Shown: positions 58,972 to 64,000 of the stretch, piece after piece
Numbering within the stretch: the first letter of the stretch is position 1
Layout of the letters: every line of letters begins with the position of its first letter
Source: Bacteroidota bacterium
GTDB lineage: Bacteria; Bacteroidota; Bacteroidia; Chitinophagales; Chitinophagaceae
Reading direction: 5' to 3'
Assembly: GCA_023423285.1 (NCBI GenBank)
Contig: JAFAFV010000214.1
Coordinates: forward strand, 53,285 to 117,284
DNA length: 64,000 nt
The notes under the pieces: generated by a model
What the model was told of the DNA's origin: nothing
The model's input: only the letters and a program-made list of their open reading frames with translations
The model's database searches: none
Program-made: the position numbers and the translations under genes

Positions 58972-60084
58972 TCATGTAATTTTTCTATAGTTCCATATTG
59001 CCAAACCGTTGAGAAGCACTGCATAAACTGCCATTATGAGAAATGTTTTGCTAACGTCAGTAAAAGCACTTCCTTTTAATATGATCATTCTAATGGCTTT
59101 CATAAAATAGGTTATGGGCAACAGGCTGGCAATATGCCTTGCCCATTCAGGCATACTCTCCACAGACGTGAAAAGCCCGCTCATTAATACAAAGATCATT
59201 ATGAAGAAAAAAGAAATAAACATAGCCTGTAACTGGTTGTTGCTAACGGTAGCAATAAGTAACCCAAAACCCAAAAGAGCCACCAGATATAAACCGGCAA
59301 GCGCATACAACATGGGAATACTTCCCACAGGTTTTATTCCGTAAAAAATGATTGATACCAATAACCCTATGGTGAGAATAATCATACCCACGATCCAAAA
59401 AGGAATGAGTTTTCCCATTAAGAACTGCCATTTTTTAACTGGCGTTACGTTGATCTGTTCAATAGTTCCCACTTCTTTTTCACGCACAATATTGAGCGCA
59501 GATATAGAGCCTGCAAATATTGTAAGCAGAAAAGCTAAAATACCAGGTACAATAAACCAATGATAATTTGAATAGGGGTTGAACCAAATGGAACTTTCGA
59601 TAGTTATGGTTTTAGGTGTAGCCAGTTTGTTGTTTTGAAATATCTGTATACCGCGGTTAAACTCACTGATCACAGAAATGAGGTATGACGAACCAAGGGA
59701 AGACTTTGTACCGTTAATGGCATCAACTGCCAGGTTTAATTTTGCTGTTCCCTCACTTACCAGGTTTTTTTCAAATGATTTTGGTATTTCGAGAATGATA
59801 TCCGCATCACCTGTTTCAAAATATTCCATTGCCTGTTTAAAAGTAGGTTCACTGGATACCATTTTAAAGTAACCTGATGACCCGATCTTATTAATAAGTT
59901 TGTTAGAGAAAGTGCTGTGATCGGCATCAACCAAAACCAGGTTTACATTTTTTACCTCAAAATTCATGGCAATAGGCAGTATGCCTAATTGCAGAATGGG
60001 TAATACAAACATCATTGCTACGATACTTTTATCGCGAAATATTTGTTTGAATTCTTTTTGAAGTAAAAAACTAAGCACTTTCAT
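58972..60084 (-). CDS. ABC-2 exporter permease (YbhR-like)
   Basis: KEFKQIFRD, VREKEVGTIEQINVTP and SGLFT..ESMP motifs. Confidence 0.9.
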   Translation of the reverse strand: MKVLSFLLQKEFKQIFRDKSIVAMMFVLPILQLGILPIAMNFEVKNVNLVLVDADHSTFSNKLINKIGSSGYFKMVSSEPTFKQAMEYFETGDADIILEIPKSFEKNLVSEGTAKLNLAVDAINGTKSSLGSSYLISVISEFNRGIQIFQNNKLATPKTITIESSIWFNPYSNYHWFIVPGILAFLLTIFAGSISALNIVREKEVGTIEQINVTPVKKWQFLMGKLIPFWIVGMIILTIGLLVSIIFYGIKPVGSIPMLYALAGLYLVALLGFGLLIATVSNNQLQAMFISFFFIMIFVLMSGLFTSVESMPEWARHIASLLPITYFMKAIRMIILKGSAFTDVSKTFLIMAVYAVLLNGLAIWNYRKIT

Positions 60085-61187
60085 ATTAGCCTGATTTTAA
60101 ATTTTTTGATTGCGAGGGTAAGGAATAGGATGGTCATTATGCTTAGGGCCAACATCTCTTTCCACAAATATTGCATTCCCAGGCCCTTAAGCATAATTGA
60201 TTTTAAGCCTGTGTAATACCAGCGCGCAGGAACTAAGTTTGAAATCCATTGAAAAAACTGCGGCATATTTTCCAGCGGGAAAATAAAACCTGAAAAAATA
60301 ATTGTAGGCAGCATCATGCCGATCATAGATAACAGCAATGCCACCTGTTGTGAATTAGTTGTATTTGAAATGAACAACCCCATAGATAGCGATGTAATAA
60401 TGAATATCATGCTTAGCAGAAAAAAAAGACCCACGTTTCCTTGCATGGGAACGTTCATTAAAAAAACGGCTAATAGCAGTATGAATATTAGATTGATAAG
60501 TGATAGAATGAGATAGGGTATCGCTTTTGCAACCAGTACCATCAGAGGTTTGAAGGGAGATACCAATAGAATTTCCATTGTGCCCAACTCTTTTTCCCGC
60601 ACTACGGCAACAGAAGTGAGGGCCGTGCACACGATCATCAAAATAAGCGCCATTACCCCCGGTACAAAGTTGAGCGATCCGTTCCCTTCCTGGTTATAAA
60701 GCATCCGGGTTTCCGGTGCGATGATCATGCCGGGTTGTATCGTTGCATTTAGATTTTGCTGGTAGTTTGCTGTGATAGCTGTAATGTAATGTATCAACAT
60801 TTTAGCTACGTTCGGTTCTGATCCATCGGCAATAATCTGTATTTGGGAATTGTTGGTACCATCCAGATCCGCGCTGAAACGTGGCGGAAATACAATAGCC
60901 GCTTTCACATTTCCTTTTTTAAACTCCGTTTCAATATCGGCGTAAGAAATTTGTTTTTCGTAAATGGTAAAATATGTGGATGCCCTGTACTTGTTGATGA
61001 GATGTTGGGAATGTACGTCTCTGGCATTATCTACCACAAGGATGTCTGCATTTTTAACTTCGCTTGTAAGCGCAAAACCAAAAAGTACAATTTGCATCAA
61101 CGGCATACCAAACATTATCAGTAGCGTGCGCTTGTCTCTAAACACGTGGTAAAATTCTTTTCTTATAAATACGAATAGTTGTTTCAT
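60081..61187 (-). CDS. ABC-2 exporter permease (YbhS-like)
   Basis: KEF.H..RD.RT, VREKELGTME.L.VSP and SGFIFPLENMP motifs. Confidence 0.9.
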   Translation of the reverse strand: MKQLFVFIRKEFYHVFRDKRTLLIMFGMPLMQIVLFGFALTSEVKNADILVVDNARDVHSQHLINKYRASTYFTIYEKQISYADIETEFKKGNVKAAIVFPPRFSADLDGTNNSQIQIIADGSEPNVAKMLIHYITAITANYQQNLNATIQPGMIIAPETRMLYNQEGNGSLNFVPGVMALILMIVCTALTSVAVVREKELGTMEILLVSPFKPLMVLVAKAIPYLILSLINLIFILLLAVFLMNVPMQGNVGLFFLLSMIFIITSLSMGLFISNTTNSQQVALLLSMIGMMLPTIIFSGFIFPLENMPQFFQWISNLVPARWYYTGLKSIMLKGLGMQYLWKEMLALSIMTILFLTLAIKKFKIRLI

Positions 61188-61235
61188 TTATTATAGTTCA
61201 GAATTCATTATTCATAGTTTGTGACGGAAGGCTGG

Positions 61236-62030
61236 TTAATTATCGCTTCGTTTTGCGCGCCTTGCCAGCCTGTAAAAAACTTCATCCATGCTTTCACCGC
61301 CAAATTTTTCTTTGAGATTAGCGGGTGTGTCAAGACCTTCTATTTTGCCATCAACCATAATGGTTACTCGGTCGCAATATTCCGCTTCATCCATATAATG
61401 AGTGGTTACAAAAATGGTGATGCCATTTGCTGCAGCATTGTAAATCATATCCCAAAACTGCCTGCGTGTCAGAGGGTCTACGCCTCCGGTAGGCTCATCT
61501 AAAAAAACAATTTTAGGATTGTGAAAGATGGCAACTGAAAAAGCCAGCTTTTGCTTCCAGCCAAGTGGGAGAGAAGACACCAATTTGTGTGCTTCATTTT
61601 GCAAATTGAGTTGTTCAATTAATTGTTTGCTGCGGTCCCTGATCTCTTTTCTGGATAAACCGTAAACGCCCGCAAAAAAGGTTATATTTTCCTGCGGAGT
61701 GAGGTTTTCGTACAGCGAGAATTTCTGGCTCATATAACCAATATTCTGTTTTATTTTTTCCTGTTGCCGGTATACATCAAACCCTGCAACCGTAGCTTCC
61801 CCCGAAGTAGGATAGGAGAGGCCGCAGAGCATACGCATGGCCGTTGTTTTACCTGCACCATTTGCTCCCAAAAAACCGAATATTTCTCCTTTTTTTACAT
61901 CAAAACTGATGTGGTCTACAGCGTAAAAATCGCCAAACTTCTTTGTAAGATTATGGCAGCAGATGGCTGATGCAATCTCCGGCGAAAAAGTTGATTGGCT
62001 AAAAGAAGTTTTACTATTTTGCTGTTCCAT
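61236..62030 (-). CDS. ABC transporter ATP-binding protein
   Basis: GANGAGKT, LPLGWKQ, LDEPT and TTHYMDEA motifs. Confidence 0.93.
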   Translation of the reverse strand: MEQQNSKTSFSQSTFSPEIASAICCHNLTKKFGDFYAVDHISFDVKKGEIFGFLGANGAGKTTAMRMLCGLSYPTSGEATVAGFDVYRQQEKIKQNIGYMSQKFSLYENLTPQENITFFAGVYGLSRKEIRDRSKQLIEQLNLQNEAHKLVSSLPLGWKQKLAFSVAIFHNPKIVFLDEPTGGVDPLTRRQFWDMIYNAAANGITIFVTTHYMDEAEYCDRVTIMVDGKIEGLDTPANLKEKFGGESMDEVFYRLARRAKRSDN

Positions 62031-62063
62031 TTTAATTTAATTATCCTTTGTTATACCATTTGC

Positions 62064-62987
62064 TTAAACAGGTGCTGGCGTGCTAAGCCTGATAAAAGTG
62101 TCTTCAATAGTTGGATTGATGATTTTAATTTCCACGTTTAAATGACCTTTAGTTTTTGCATATTTTTCAAGTGCTGCAATAGGATCGGGGTCATCATTTT
62201 TTAAAGTAATATGCAACCACTCACCAAATGGGAAACAGGATTCCACAGCTTCTAAATTCCGGAAGTCGTTCAACAGGTTGTATATACTGGAAGATTTTGC
62301 GCCATAGAGTTTTTTAGGAAAAGCATCCAGTATATTCTCAGGTGTATCCACGGTAAGTATCTTTCCACTTTGTATAAGGGCAATACGCTCGCATAGCATG
62401 GCCTCATCCATGTAAGGCGTGGAAACGAGAATGGTTATTCCGAGTGCTGTAAGCTTTTTCAACATCTCCCAAAACTCTCTTCTGGATACGGCATCTACAC
62501 CGGTTGTGGGTTCATCTAAAAACAACACTTCAGGTTTGTGAATGAGTGCGCAACTGAGCGCCAGCTTTTGTTTCATCCCGCCTGAAAGTTTTCCTGCACG
62601 GCGGTTGCTAAACGGCTTTATCTGTTCATAAATATCACGGATGAGGACGTAGTTTTCCTCAATGGTTGTGCCGAACAGGGTGGCAAAAAACGTCAGGTTT
62701 TCGTGTACAGTCAAATCCTGGTACAATGAAAACCTGCCGGGCATATACCCCACTGAGTGGCGTATTTTTTTATAATCCTTTATTACATCATTGCCTGAAA
62801 TGCTTGCGGTGCCAGCATCAGGAAGGATGAGGGTGGTAAGGATGCGGAACAGAGTAGTTTTTCCTGCGCCATCCGGGCCTATCAGGCCAAATAGTTCGCC
62901 AGGCTTCACAGACAGGCTGATATCCTCAACTGCTTTTACGTTTCCGTATGCCTTACTAATGTTGCTGAGAATAATTGCAGGCTCCAT
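62064..62987 (-). CDS. ABC transporter ATP-binding protein
   Basis: GPDGAGKT, LSGGMKQ and LDEPT motifs; start is ATG 62987 or TTG 63020. Confidence 0.93.
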   Translation of the reverse strand: MEPAIILSNISKAYGNVKAVEDISLSVKPGELFGLIGPDGAGKTTLFRILTTLILPDAGTASISGNDVIKDYKKIRHSVGYMPGRFSLYQDLTVHENLTFFATLFGTTIEENYVLIRDIYEQIKPFSNRRAGKLSGGMKQKLALSCALIHKPEVLFLDEPTTGVDAVSRREFWEMLKKLTALGITILVSTPYMDEAMLCERIALIQSGKILTVDTPENILDAFPKKLYGAKSSSIYNLLNDFRNLEAVESCFPFGEWLHITLKNDDPDPIAALEKYAKTKGHLNVEIKIINPTIEDTFIRLSTPAPV

Positions 62988-63023
62988 TACCCCCTTCCCT
63001 GTATTTTTTTCCTGTTTCAATTT

Positions 63024-63980
63024 TTACTTTTCGCGTTCCTCATAGTTAAATAAAACTTCCCCATACATTCCAATCTTTAAAAAGCCGTCATTGTTTACAC
63101 GCACTTTTATAGCGTACACCAGGTTCTCCCGTTCTTTTTTTGTTTGAATCGTTTTGGGTGTAAACTCCGCTTTGTCTGAAATCCAACTGATCACGCCCGG
63201 GTAATTTTTATAGCCTCCTTTTCCATCATCAATGCGTGCGGTAGCAGTTTGGCCTATTTTTAACTGAGGTAGTTGCTGGCCTGTTACGTATGCTTTCAGG
63301 TTTAGCGTATCAATATTCGCTATTTTGTAAAGCGGTCTTCCAGGTGTAGCCATTTCTCCGGCCATGGCATATTTGGTAAGCACGGTTCCTGCTAATGGAT
63401 TCATAATTTGTCCCTTTTCAATCTGGTTTTGGATCACTGCGGCCGATCGCTCAATCGGTGCACGCTCACTTAAAATACTTCGGTTTTGTGTAGCAGCATT
63501 CGTTTGGTATAACTCAACCTGAGCGCGGGTGGCGGCCATTTGGCTGTTTAATTGGTTAATTGATGCAATAATATCATCCAACTGCTTCCGTGGTGCGGCA
63601 TCAGCGTTAACAAGGTTTTGTATACGCTTTTTTTCATGTTGTAACTGATCCATTTGTACCTGTTGTGCAGCCATTTGTTTCCGCACCACTTCTATTTGCG
63701 CCTTAGGTGTTACTGTTTTTTGCTGCAAAGCAGAAATGGTGGCCTGCGTTTGTTCTTTTTGCAATCTTTGGGCTTCCACGTCAATTTGCCCTACCACCTG
63801 GTTTTTTTCAAGTCGTTGCCCTTCAGTTACGTCAAACGTTAGAATAGTACCGTTTTGTTGTGCAGATACAATTACCTCGTCAGCTTCAAAGTTTCCGGCT
63901 GCATCAAAATCTTTATTTTCTTTGCAGGATAATAATAAGATGCTGATAGAGAAAATAGCAATGAGAAAATGCTTATTCAT
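63024..63980 (-). CDS. HlyD family periplasmic adaptor (YbhG-like), lipoprotein
   Basis: Lipobox LLSC; GNFEA, coiled coil, AEFTPKTIQT..ER..LVY and LKIGM motifs. Confidence 0.92.
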   Translation of the reverse strand: MNKHFLIAIFSISILLLSCKENKDFDAAGNFEADEVIVSAQQNGTILTFDVTEGQRLEKNQVVGQIDVEAQRLQKEQTQATISALQQKTVTPKAQIEVVRKQMAAQQVQMDQLQHEKKRIQNLVNADAAPRKQLDDIIASINQLNSQMAATRAQVELYQTNAATQNRSILSERAPIERSAAVIQNQIEKGQIMNPLAGTVLTKYAMAGEMATPGRPLYKIANIDTLNLKAYVTGQQLPQLKIGQTATARIDDGKGGYKNYPGVISWISDKAEFTPKTIQTKKERENLVYAIKVRVNNDGFLKIGMYGEVLFNYEEREK

Positions 63981-64000
63981 AAATTTAATTTTGTACGTTA

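Noticed and set aside
25..63842. Many 60-255 aa ORFs antisense to or overlapping assigned genes (e.g. 12842-13609, 13267-13944, 34230-34967, 57153-57893)
   Set aside because: These are shadow ORFs of well-supported genes and have no recognisable motifs.
1..64000. rRNA, tRNA, CRISPR array, IS/transposase, integrase, prophage or defence genes
   Set aside because: No such motifs or regularly spaced repeats were seen. Intergenic gaps are short and nearly all long ORFs have housekeeping or transport assignments.

Overview
An ordinary chromosomal window from a Bacteroidota genome, most likely Chitinophagaceae. This is inferred from TAnnTTTG -7 promoter elements, A-rich starts without Shine-Dalgarno sites, and gene content. 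I found no rRNA, tRNA, CRISPR array, IS element, integrase or phage gene. Content in order: the 3' part of a divergent-type membrane pyrophosphatase, saccharopine dehydrogenase, sodC, trxB-folB, DUF1080, rlmB, GSCFA, a Czc-type heavy-metal RND operon, tex and leuC-leuD-cimA. A decaying co-directional array of small accessory genes follows (22.7-28.9 kb), then nnr, a serine hydrolase, GGGP/HepGP synthase and dxs. Next is a ~23 kb stretch rich in ion and osmotic homeostasis genes (two CPA2 antiporters, a divergent GH32 / SPS-SPP sucrose-type pair, nhaA, mrpA-G, proBA) interleaved with ftsK-lolA. The window ends with kdsA and a YbhGFSR-like ABC exporter. The most notable items are: (1) a probably leaderless, His-bearing, signal-peptide uORF ending in WQPP before the czc operon, a candidate metal-sensing ribosome-arrest leader; (2) czcA and the TolC gene lie in one frame separated by a single TAA; (3) an unannotated 44-codon ORF exactly fills the mrpD-mrpE gap; (4) a two-gene sucrose(-like) synthesis/hydrolysis module; (5) several gene remnants hidden in intergenic DNA. 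All family calls come from motif recognition by eye, with no database search.
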